Origin: Microthyrium microscopicum
Taxonomy: Eukaryota
NCBI GenBank assembly: GCA_010405405.1
Contig: MU004231.1
Location: 732,153-796,152, forward strand
DNA: 64,000 bases
Direction: 5' to 3'
The stretch's first letter is position 1. Every line of letters begins with the position of its first letter. A model generated the notes under the pieces. That model saw only the letters and a program-made list of their open reading frames with translations. It had not been told where the DNA came from and did no database searches. Made by a program: the position numbers and the translations under genes. Shown piece after piece: positions 12,582 through 23,715 of the stretch.

Positions 12582-14714
12582 ATGCGGTGGTTGTCGTCTG
12601 CCTCGCGGCAGCCGCCTCGGCGGTTGTTAGATCTCGTTTGCATTTTTCTCGGAAGCCTATTTTTATTGCTGTCGACAGTATCAGCGCAAGCTGCGGACAA
12701 GAAATGTGCAGCGGATTACTTTGTACACAGCTTGCCAGGTGCGCCGGAGCCGCTGCTGAAAATGCATGCTGGGTGAGTGCACTGTTCCTAGATCACCATT
12801 GGGGAAGATCTGCTATACTTGAGGAGCTGTAGCTAACTTATTCGATATAGCCACGTTGAAATCACCCCCGAGCATCACGGCAACATGTTCTTTTGGCTCT
12901 TCCACAATCGACACGTCGCCGACAAGCAAAGACTAGTAATATGGCTGAATGGCGGCCCAGGGTGTAGCTCCGAAGATGGCGCATTAATGGAGATTGGACC
13001 ATATCGAGTACGAGAGGGCGGCAAGTTGGCATATAACAACGGATCATGGGATGAATTCGCAAACCTGCTATTTGTCGACAACCCTGTTGGAACTGGCTTC
13101 AGCTACGTGGACACTGATAGTTACTTGACTGAGCTTGAGGACATGGCAAAACAGTTTGTCGCCTTTCTAGAGAAGTGGTTCGAATTATTCCCGGACTTTT
13201 CACATGATGATGTGAGTAATGCGACTGGCGAGAAAGAGTAATAAGCTAACATGAATAGATTTACTTTGCTGGCGAGTCCTACGCTGGCCAACATATCCCA
13301 CACATTGCTGAAGCTATACTGGATCGCAACAAACAAAGCGCCAAACCTTGGAATTTGAAAGGATTATTAATTGGTAACGGTTGGATATCGGGTCCTGACC
13401 AGTATCCCGCCTATCTACAATTTGCATACGAAAAGGGTCTATTAAAAGCTGGCACTCAAGAATCACGGGTCATAGAAGCCAAGCAGAATGCCTGCACCCA
13501 GGTTCTGTCAGATGGCGGCAAAGATCGCGTTGATGTGCCCGAGTGCGAGGCCATCTTATCAGAAATTCTCTTCCAAACTTCAACTGGGGATGGTAACTCC
13601 AGGATGTGCTACAATATGTATGATGTGCGTCTGAAAGACAAGCACCCCAGTTGTGGCATGTCATGGCCACCGGATCTGGAACAAGTTACACCCTATCTTC
13701 GACGACCGGACGTTACTGCTGCATTGCATATTGACAACGCTAAGCAACGAGCCGGATGGACTGAATGTAACGGCGCCGTTGGAGGCGCATTCCGAGCGCG
13801 GGCTTCTACGCCCGCTGTTAAATTACTTCCCGATATTTTGAAAGAGATACCCATCATCCTCTTCTCAGGCGACCAAGATCTTATCTGCAATCATCTCGGC
13901 ACGGAGGAACTAATCCACAATCTGGAATGGAACAATGGCAAAGGATTCGAAATCTCACCCGGTACATGGGCGCCACGCCGCGCCTGGACTGTCGCCAGCG
14001 AATCCGCTGGCTTTTATCAGGAAGCGCGCAACCTCACCTATGTTCTTTTCTACAACTCCTCCCACATGGTGCCATTTGACCACCCGCGACGCACACGCGC
14101 CATGCTTGATCGGTTCATGGGCGTTGATATTGCCAATATCGGTGGGCCTCCAGCGCTTAGGTAAGATTTTCCAATTTCTAAAAACACTCCATCGTAATCA
14201 TATGCTAACAATCTCTAGTCTTATTGACGGCGATGAAGATCCCCAGACCAGCGTGGGTGGCACTCCTAACAGCACCTTAGCACACCAAGAAACGGACGAT
14301 AAGATCAAAGACGCTGAATGGAAAGCCTATAGGAAGTCGGGCGAAGTTGCGCTCGTCATCGTCGCAATTGCCGCCGGCGCATGGGGTTTCTTCGTCTGGC
14401 GCGCACGCCGCAGACGCGCTGGATATGCGGGAGTGTGGACTCGCGATCCTGATGAGGAAGCTGGTGCTGGACTTATGCTCAATGGGCTGCGCAATGGCCT
14501 AAGGGGTAAGAGTGCGAGGCGGAATGGCGATATTGAGGCGGCGGATTTTGATGAGAATGAACTAGAGGATCTGGGGGAGGGGAGTAGTTTGGATTCAAGT
14601 CCGAAGGCGAGACATGAGGAGAAGGGCGGGATTGAGGATAGGGAACGGTTTAGTTTGGGGGTGGATAGTGATGAGGAGGAAGAGGCGAGTGGGACGAAAC
14701 GTGCGCCTGGTTAG
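12582..14714 (+). CDS. KEX1: Pheromone-processing serine carboxypeptidase (peptidase S10), 4 exons
   Basis: [31 protein letters not shown]-terminal TM helix ([19 protein letters not shown]) and acidic tail with DFDENEL. Confidence 0.95.
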
Positions 14715-14833
14715 GTATCAAGACGCACAATTCCTAGGATTACGTTTTCTTCTCCCTAGAATATATGAAGCCTTTTTTGCATGTATATTAGACAGTTCGG
14801 TGCGCAAAAGCAACTTTCGTGTGGATCTCTATA

Positions 14834-15394
14834 GATCGTTATTAACCATCCACCCCAGAACCTTAGTTATCCACCTCTTGATATTATTTGTCCACCCTTT
14901 CTCACTAAAATAGTAACTATTCTCGCTAAATAGTAGCCTCATCACTCACTCGTTGAGGTCCAGAGGTCTTACTATAGGACCTTTACCAAACTATCTCTTT
15001 TAAAATATATCGAAAATAGATTTTAAGAAACGTGATAGTAGCTACTAAGAGAGTTAAGATAATGGCTTTTCTAGAATTTTGGAAGCTTCTAGGTAAAGCG
15101 AAAAATCCTTAAAAGAAGGCAAAGTAAAGTATATGTATAAGGGGGACAATTTAATAGCGTCCTCTCTTGATATATTAACCTATATTTGAATTTGCTATAA
15201 CTCCCTCAATATAAGTGATAAAAGAATTCCGAAAAAGCTAAATGGAAGAGCGTAATCTACTCTATAGTAGAATATTTTAAAATTATAGATAATTCTTATC
15301 TTGGAGCTTCAATGTAGAGTATAAAAATAGGGGTGGATGAATAAGATCAAGGGGTGGATAATTAAGATTTTGGGGTGGATGGTTAATAACGATC
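14834..15394. mobile_element. 561-bp non-autonomous Mutator-like MITE, AT/TpA-rich
   Basis: ~65-bp TIRs beginning gatcgttattaaccatccacccc, each with three tccacc(c) sub-repeats. Perfect 9-bp TSD atctctata (14825-14833, 15395-15403). Most TIR mismatches are transitions. Confidence 0.9.
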
Positions 15395-16598
15395 ATCTCT
15401 ATATTGCCGCCGCAGCATTGAGGCGAAGCAACATGCCCATTGGGTGGCGGACTTGGCAAAGATGCATACGAGCTGTACAAAGGGGTACTTCGAGTAGTTA
15501 AGGACCTTCCTGGAGCTGACCATATTGTGAGATCTCTAGCAAACACACCGTTGTCAGAAAGATCGACAACTTTTACCGCTATAAGGATAGTCACCCATTT
15601 TCACCAGCACTTCTCGACGCAAGCAACTGAGATCATGGGTCAGATTAGCTACTCACCATTGAGCGTTGAAAAGAAGGAGATCCGGCTATTGACTCTCTTT
15701 TCAAAACCTACCGTTATTGAGGACGCGCGCGATGCTGCAAACAAGGCCCTGGCAGATCTGAGCATCTCAGGCGAAAGTCACCCTGCGGACGGCTTCCAAA
15801 GCCAGGACGAGTCAAAGCCCTGCGGCGGGTCACTTACGATAGTTTCATTGAACGATAACCCCGAGTACGAAGCATTATCTTACGTATGGGGAGATGAGAA
15901 CCTGAAATCTACCTTCATTCTTGACGGCGTGGAGGTCAAAATCACCGAAAACCTTGCCGTTGCACTTCGACACCTGGAACCGACCGAAAAACCTCTAGTA
16001 CTGTGGATCGATGCGGTAGGTACTCTTACAACCGCTTTGGCGATGCGAGTGGAACATATATGCTGATTAATGGCACAGATATGTATAAATCAATCCGACA
16101 ACGTAGAGAAAAGCCATCAAGTCTCGCAGATGAAAGACATATATTCAGCCGCAACTTCCGTGACAGTATGGCTTGGTCCTTTCGCCGATGGCAGCGATTA
16201 TGTCATGTCCCAGTTTGAGAAGTTTGATGAGAAGTTTGACGTCTTTTCAGACTCTAATACAACTACCCTGGTTGGACTCGTGCGCCAGGCTATGGAAAGC
16301 GGCTTGACGACTCTAGAGCAAATCTGTTCACCCGTCGTCAAACAAACTGCCGCACAAATTGAGCAGTTGTTCAATCGTGAGTGGTGGTACCGTGTATGGG
16401 TGAGTAGAGTAGCCCTTGTACAAAGACTGTTTCTTCTAATATGTTTATTCTGACGAAGTCTAGGTTTTGCAGGAACTGGCCGTAGCGAAAGAGGTCGTTT
16501 TTGTGTGTGGTAACAAAAGAGTGAGTTTAGACAGACTTGAGCGCGCAGATGCCACGTTTGTCAACTTCATCTTCGCTCTGCTATTAAATGTGCATGAA

Positions 16599-16695
16599 GG
16601 GGGAGTAGTACAGTGGTAGTACTTGCGATCTCGCGGCAGGCCCTACCTGTTTGAGAATCCGCAGGGCACGGGTTCGATTCCCGTCTCCCCCACCA
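16599..16695 (+). ncRNA. tRNA-like cloverleaf head (internal Pol III promoter); isotype not assignable
   Basis: Acceptor stem GGGGGAG/CTCCCCC + A + CCA. D stem GTAC/GTAC with A box TAGTACAGTGG (16606-16616). T arm ACGGG-TTCGATT-CCCGT with B box at 16671-16681. Anticodon arm extended into a long hairpin. Confidence 0.85.
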
Positions 16696-17800
16696 CCCCA
16701 AAAAGGCAATCGTTACTCGCTTTTAAAGCCACGTTCACCCCTTTTTAGGGAAGGTTATCCTTCCCTTTTTAGCAGGTGTGGAGGACGAGCTACAGCTCTT
16801 TTTAACACGTCGCGGAAGGTGCAAATTTTTGTATCACGTGACCGCTGTATGCAGCCACAAGATCATCCTTGTCGAAGCCCCACCAACAATAACGGACTAG
16901 CGTCAAAAATCACATGATTGGAAACCAGCCACATGGCACGCAAAGCCACACACAAAAAGCCACAACATCGCCGAAGCGCAGCAAATTCGGCATGCCGAAG
17001 CCAATTCTTTTACGGCTCTTGGCAATTAGATCGGACGATCGGCCCTGGCTTAGTAAGACCGAAATCCCAGCCGCGTGAGGCAAGGATCGGACCGAACGAC
17101 ACGGCAGAAACTCACGGGATCTAGGGACACCACGGCTCGGTAAGTACGGTGCCCGCGGGTCGGCAATATGGCGCTATAGGAAAAGTCGGCAGACTCGGGG
17201 GAGGTGACCCAGAACACGCCGGTCCGAAGGACCCTAGATCTTGGCTTGAAAGCGAAGCACAGCGTAGATGGATAGCTCTTAGCAGACTGTTGGCGCTGCC
17301 TCGGACTTGGTATTGCGGCACGAATGGAGGGATCTGACATAATAATAAGGAAGGAATCTTGGCCCCTTGGGGGACGACAATATTGGCAACTTTAAAGAAC
17401 TTGAAGCAGTGGACTGAATGGAAGAACAATAATCCGTAACGGATACTGGCCTAGAGAGGTGCCGCGGTTGGATACTACTCGGAATTCGGCTCTCCTGACT
17501 TACCAATGCTTCTGTGGCTTGGGAAGCCGATGGGGCTTAGCATAGTATTAACGGCCTTGGCATGGATCGGCCTACGGAACACGATAGTGGGGTTTTCCCT
17601 TATATAGTTAGCGCCTCGGTTTGCTGAACATGTAGGGGTTAGCCGAAGCCGGACTAGGCCTTAGGCCTGGAGTGAGTTAGCTCGGCTAGATTCGGGTAGA
17701 TTGGCTGATTAGATAAGGGTTTTTACCCGCTTATTAAGAGTAGCGTCTGCATAGCCCATTAGCGTAGCTGAAAGACAATAAACAAGATTCAATAAAAAAA
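16599..17800 (+). mobile_element. tRNA-headed SINE-like non-LTR retroposon, 1202 bp
   Basis: 14-bp TSD taaatgtgcatgaa (16585-16598, 17801-17814). 5' tRNA-like head with A and B boxes. 3' end ...gacaataaacaagattcaataaaaaaa. Confidence 0.92.
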
Positions 17801-19332
17801 TAAATGTGCATGAACGAGGAGTCGCCTCTAGCAGGTCTATGCCGAAGCTCCCTTTCAATTATGCTGCTCGCAGGATGCTATTTCAAAGGCGTAAATACCA
17901 AAACAGACTAGAAGGTTACTCGAGTTGCACTTTAGGAGCCTTGCTGCAAGAGCTGTACGGGGTTGAGGAATGGACAAGCAGTCTACAGACATCTAGAGCT
18001 GTGGACAGGATCTACGGACTACTTGGTATAGCGCAAGATACAGAGGTACTAAACCTAGTTCCAGACTATTCGAGGGACACGGAGTGGGTATACACTGATG
18101 CTGCTGGTAAAATGCTGCAGCGCGGTGAGTTTGGGCTTCTTTCTCTGGCTCAACACGCAACACAACCATCGTTGTTACCCTCCTGGGTTCCGGATTGGCG
18201 TCTTCCTATGAAGGCACCCGTTGCCAAAAGATCTTTATCGCCAGTCTTTCGTCCATTTGGCAACATAGAAATCGTCTGCCCGTCTCCCCAACCAAACGAC
18301 TTCAGAGTACTCGAAATTGCCGGAACTGCCGTGGATGAGATTGAACAGGTAGGATTACCTCTCGGTTACAGTTACCAGCAAACCACGGCAGAAAACTTGC
18401 AGCATGTCCAATGTTATCTCTCTCAAATACAAGCCTTCTGTCGTCAATCTGCTTCATTAGCTACAGGCCTCTACGGCGACTCTGATAGATGGATGGAAGA
18501 TGCTTTCTGGCGAATACCTATTGGAGACTTGGCAAATCCGACCCCAGGCCAATACACTATGGTGAGAGCAACCGAGACAAGTTTCACCTACCACCAAAGT
18601 CTACTAAAGGTCATCGCGGTTTCGAATGAAGCTAAAGACAGCACTGTCGGAAACGAAGAGCCTACGAAGCTGGCTGCTGTTAGATCTGCCGAGTTCGGAA
18701 AGTACGAACAATATCTTTTTGGAGTTGTGAACAAAGCTGGACAAGCGCCATTCATAACCAAACGAGGCTACGTGGGTATTGGGCCGCCAAATATGGCCGC
18801 TGAAGACATTATTTGTATATTCTATGGAGCACACGTGCCGTACGTTCTTCGACCTGTGGAGGACGGGCGGTACACTCTTATCGGAGAGACCTATGTCTAT
18901 GGGATCATGGATGGCGAATTTATGATAGACAGTCCAAAGAAAGATATTTTTCTTGTTGTATGAGCTTCAGAAGTTGGTCTTAAAGTCTTAAATCGAGTCT
19001 TCAGAGTAGGAATGAACGGGATTAGATAGGTGACAAATACAATGGAACGAAGTAATCTGAGAAACACGCGAGTCATATATTGATCGTCAACCCTCAGTAT
19101 GTCATTACTACTGAATGAAGCATAGGTATGTAGTGGACCGTTAGTGCGGGAAGGAGTTTGGAACATTCTAAGCACAATCATGAAGCTTCCCCGCGCCATC
19201 AAGATGCTAAACACTTCAACTGTTGAACCTGAACCGTTCTCGACCTTTGGCATCAAAATCAACGGTGATGAGATATACGTTCCTACCAGCAACTAACCAC
19301 TTCACAAAAACCGAAGAAAGAGATAGGATACA

Positions 19333-20137
19333 ATGGAAGACCAAGTAAACAATCTCGTCCAGAAGCTATGGAGTACGTCCTCCCAATTACCATCACAACC
19401 ATCATCCATCATCTGATATCCTGTCAGCAAAATACCAAGCTACAAAGTCTACTCAGCGCCTACTCGTAGGCATAGCCGGAATTCCAGGCTCAGGCAAAAC
19501 CACTCTCGCCGCTCTCATCACTGCTCGCCTCAATGCGCTCAGTGCGCTCAGTGCGTTCAGTGCGCTCCAAACTCCAGCCATATGTATACCTATGGACGGC
19601 TACCATCTAACGCGCGCCCAACTTTCTGCAATGCCTGATCCAACAACCGCAAACGCGCGACGCGGAGCAGCATTTACGTTTGACGCAGATGCCTTTGTCA
19701 ACTTAGTGCGCGCACTACGAGCGCCGATAGGTGAGGGCGTCGTGTATGCGCCGAGCTTCGACCATGCCGTTAAAGATCCGGTGGCAGATGACTTGGCGGT
19801 ACATCCCAAGCATCGCATCGTAGTGCTGGAGGGGTTGTATCTAGCGCTTGATGAGGAGCCATGGCGGGCGGTGGAAGGGATGTTGGACGAGCTGGTTTTT
19901 GTGAAAGTTGACTTTGACGTTGCGCGGGCACGATTGGCAGCGCGGCATGTCAGGGCGGGAATAGTGCAGACGGAAGAGGAAGGGAGACGGAGAGCTGATG
20001 AGAGTGATTTGGTGAATGGGCGGCAGATTTTGGATCATCGGGTAAAAGGAATCACGGAGACTGTGGTGAGTAGGGAGGATGGTGGATGGAAAGATGGGGG
20101 AGCTGTTGAGGAGGTTAAAGAGGAGGTTGTGAGATAG
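19333..20137 (+). CDS. Phosphoribulokinase/uridine-kinase-family P-loop kinase (Yfh7-like), 2 exons
   Basis: LLVGIAGIPGSGKTT, PMDGYH, RRGA.FTFD, APSFDHAVKDP, VVLEGLYL. Confidence 0.9.
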
Positions 20138-20201
20138 GTTGGTATTATGATATCGCTAACTGTAATCTATTGTTCAATATGCTGCATTATGCTGTGAAAG
20201 A

Positions 20202-21434
20202 CTATCGCACGCCTTCTGCGTGTAGACCTTTGCTTTCGTTGGATCCCAATTCTTCTTCTTTCCAGCCTCCTCCGCTGCCGCCAACTAATCGACCGCCTTC
20301 TTTCCGCTTGACTCGACACCACAAACCTACAGCGTCGTCTAGGATAAATTGCCAGATGACATATACCCAGCTCTTGTGGTGTGGTAGGTCGGCATAGAAC
20401 TCCTTCGCCATGCTATGTAATTTCGGCAATCGGGTCCATGGTACTGCCGGAAAATCATGATGCTCGTTGTGTAGCCCAACATTGTACGTGAAGAGATTTA
20501 GTGGGCCATAGTATGAGTAAGTCTCCGGAATGGGTATTGTAGGGTCGTATGGTGTCCGTTTCTTCATTGATCCACCCTCGCCACGCGCGAAAACATAATG
20601 TTCAGCAATGAAATGTGCGGCGCAAGGATGAATGCTGCCAGCCAGGAATGAGCTCATGATCAAATAGAGCAGTGGCTTCCAGGAACCAGTCAGGGTGATG
20701 AGTATATAGTCGAAAGCTACTTGAACGATAACATTGAATATCTGAATGTTGGTGACTGGTAAGCTGTAGACAAACATGGGCCGAACGGCGTAGAAGAGGA
20801 TCTGAAATGTGCAGAAGAACGCTTTGCCGGCAATCGAGTTTAGAAACAAGGCTTCGAAAGCTGTAGGGAGGTCGGTATCAAGACCATCGACACCGAGGGA
20901 TTTGTGGTGTGTAAGATGATATGGCTATTCAGTTGTTAGTAATCTTTTATAACGACAATACGGAGACTTGAAGCATACTCGAAAAGATGCGCTGTACGGA
21001 ATTCCAATGGGTAAGTTTGCAAACACGGCCAAGATCCGATTTTTCCAGCCTTCCTTGAAAGCGAGATTGTGACTGATCTCATGTATTGCCAGGAATAGGT
21101 TCTGATTCAAAGTCGCTCCAATAACGTATGCTGTAGCCAGAAATTTCCAGTTCAATGGGTGTGTATCTCTCAGCATCCAAGCACAGGCGATCTGAAGACT
21201 GACGACTCCCAAAACCAGCCATTTTGTCAATGGCTCGGGACCACAAAGCTTTGTAATTTCTGGATGAGCTTTTATTATAGCCCGTCGTCTCGATCGATGT
21301 GGCTCCTCGGTGTATGACCAGAAAAATTGTTCGTAACCTCCTTTGGCGGTGTCGGCTGGTAGGGGAGCTTGGGCGGGGCTGGAGGCGGCGATCTTGGTAG
21401 ACGCTCTGGTCTTGACGGTGGTGGATGAGGCCAT
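20202..21434 (-). CDS. DES1: Sphingolipid delta(4)-desaturase, 2 exons
   Basis: FFWSYTEEPHRSRR, His boxes HEISH, HLTHH (after the intron) and HNEHH, HPCAAHFIAEHY. Confidence 0.95.
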
Positions 21435-21704
21435 CGTACCAATATGAATGACCGAACGGGTCAATGGCGAGGGACTTTAGCGAGAGAAATTGAGCATTGC
21501 AGGACAGGATGCAGAGACGAGGAGAGAGAAAGGGAATAGTGGGTGGTTAGATTTAAAGTTTTGGAGCCTTGTGCCTGGACCCTGGACGTGGGTCATCTTG
21601 CTTTTGCCTCAAAAAGGGTGGATATCGTGATCTTCATTGCCAAAGGGACTTCATTGTTACTTCATACATTATCATCTTTCCATCTCTCGGCTCAATCTTG
21701 GTAT

Positions 21705-23715
21705 CTATTGCAGAACAGGCACAACCCATCCGCTTTTAAACCGCTTGATCACTTCGTAGCTCTCTAATGAGCTGATCGGTCTCTCAATCCGCGCAACAAT
21801 ATCCATTGGCCTCTCTACTCCATCCTCCACCAACATGATCGCATCGCAGATCTTGGTATTCCAATTTTTACTCCATATTTTTTGAGTCGACAGGCCTTTG
21901 GCCACCTTCTCGATCAACCGCAGTGTCACTTTGCCGTTGTGTCGTCCAGGATGTAGCCCGACCTTGAGCAAAACGCCATTACCCTTTGTGATGAACGACG
22001 TGCCTGGATTGAGATATCGGTGCTCTACGACATCGACAAACCACGGCGTTCCCTGAGCAGCTTGCAGAGTCCATCGTGTAAACACAATCCGCTTGTCTTG
22101 TGCGACTACCATGTTTCCTGAGACCACCGACGCGCCTTGCAGACGACGTTCCCACCGCTTCATGCTAACCATACCGCTCGCGCCGCTTACATGGCCAACG
22201 ACGTTGAGCATGGCCTTGTCCCCTTTCGTAATGTTTCTGTCCACGTCATTTGCGTTCATTTGTTGTACTTTTCGCATTTTCCTTTCGTAATGTTTCTCAA
22301 GTATGCCGACCTGCTTTTCAGAGTAGAGTGGCAGAAGAGGTAGGTGGGAAAGATGCGCGTAACCTGGCGCGTAACCACCAGATTGTTCGCCTTGCTCTGG
22401 AATTCCCTCCTCAGCGGCAGCCGTAATTTTGGCATCGATGCGCTTTGTGGGGATCTTGTTGAGAATGGAGGTGGCTGACGGGCCGCCAGAAGATGGAACC
22501 GCGTCAAATAGTTCAGTGACCATTTCAAAATCGCGAAGCAGGTGAGTGTCAGACTGAGTCAATATCAACCTAATCTATTGCGCGAGATATCTGGCAGACA
22601 AGGTGTAGAGCCGCTTTGTGTTTTCAACGAGGGGACGTGTTCCTGTGATATATTCTACTTGTCTGGTGAGACACTCCTCCCTCATTTGCTTAACTTCTTT
22701 TTCATTAGGTCTGTCTATCGACGAATTGTAGCACTGCAGCCTCGCGTATACCGAAATACCATGCACTCAGCTCATGCATACCAAGGAAATACTGCCCCTA
22801 ACACGCCAGTGGCGCGGCCTAGAACATCACATTTATAGAACCACTGGTTTCTTGTCACCCAAAAGCTCTTGGCTTTCTATCTTAACTTATATTTGTATCG
22901 ATAAGTTGTTATACTGAAGACTGGACCGAGTATTATTCGACAAATCCTCGAACATCCTTAGATTTTGGGTGCTACTTCAACTTACTCTAACATTCTTCGG
23001 AGGCATTCATACAAATTAACTGCTACCATGACCTCCTGAGTAGTCGCCTTGTCCGCCCGTCCACTGTGACGATCTCTACGTCTATCCCGAGGCTGTACAA
23101 CCATCCGATCCTCTGATTCCTCTGCTTCTCCAGCACGTTGCTCGGCTTCCTGTTGCTCTTCGAATCGGCGCAGAGCTTCCGCCTCCTCTTCAGCAATCCG
23201 CGGGGCCTCCACTTCCTCTCGGATACGGCGTATGGCTTCCTTCTATTGCTGACGCTTATGTCTGTTCTCTTCTTGTTTGGCCACGCGCTGTGTTTCCTCC
23301 CATTCGTTTTCAAGAGCTCACTGGACAATAGTCTCTCGGGTCTTCACTTACTTGGGTGCATGATGGCATGCGATAGCAGTACGCTGTGTGGTTTGGTGGA
23401 CAAATTCGATATAGGGAAATTTCGCGATCTTGAGCAGATTTCGTTCCACCCTGTTGAGCGTGGCCAAGTCCCCACTTGGAATCGGGCAGATGCCATCTCT
23501 GAAGCGGAAATGCTGTTCGAGCAATGTTTTGTGGACCTCCTGCTTTGCTTGACCCCGGCGGCTGTCTATATATCAAAAAGGCTTGGTAGCGCTCGCCCCG
23601 CCACTCTCGCTGTCTCTCTATGCTGGCACTGTCCTCTGGCTTATACTTACACAGCGAACGATGATGCTTTCGTACAGCTCAACAATTGTGATATGCAACT
23701 TCCGCGCCACAATCA
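21705..23715 (-). pseudogene. Orphan gene remnant: intact 287-codon 3' ORF, upstream Glu/Arg-rich coiled-coil frame with several stops
   Basis: One minus frame reads ...KQEVHKTLLEQ...APK*VKTRETIVQ*ALENEWEETQRVAKQEENRHKRQQ*KEAIRRIREEVEAPRIAEEEAE. The link to ORF 21705-22568 is inferred, not shown. Confidence 0.45.

Larger units (their letters stand above)
15635..18963 (+). pseudogene. HET-domain (het-6-like) heterokaryon incompatibility gene disrupted by a retroposon in exon 3
   Basis: EIRLL, YEALSYVWG, LWIDA|ICINQ, QM.DIY.A..V.VWLG and WWYRVW|VLQE across introns 16016-16078 and 16400-16463. C-terminal FITKRGYVGIGP...PYVLR...LIGETYVYGIMDGE. Removing 16599-17814 restores one ~661-aa frame (NVHE|RGVA). 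Confidence 0.93.

Noticed and set aside
16599..16695. Functional tRNA gene
   Set aside because: No canonical anticodon loop can be drawn (A31 mismatch, no U33), and it is the 5' end of a TSD-flanked insertion in a coding exon.
17040..17460. Hammerhead or HDV ribozyme, RNase P RNA or 28S rRNA fragment within the retroposon
   Set aside because: Only short look-alikes (ggaaaagtcggca, cgaatgg, atccgtaac). No CTGANGA/GAAA core and no consistent HDV pseudoknot could be built by eye.
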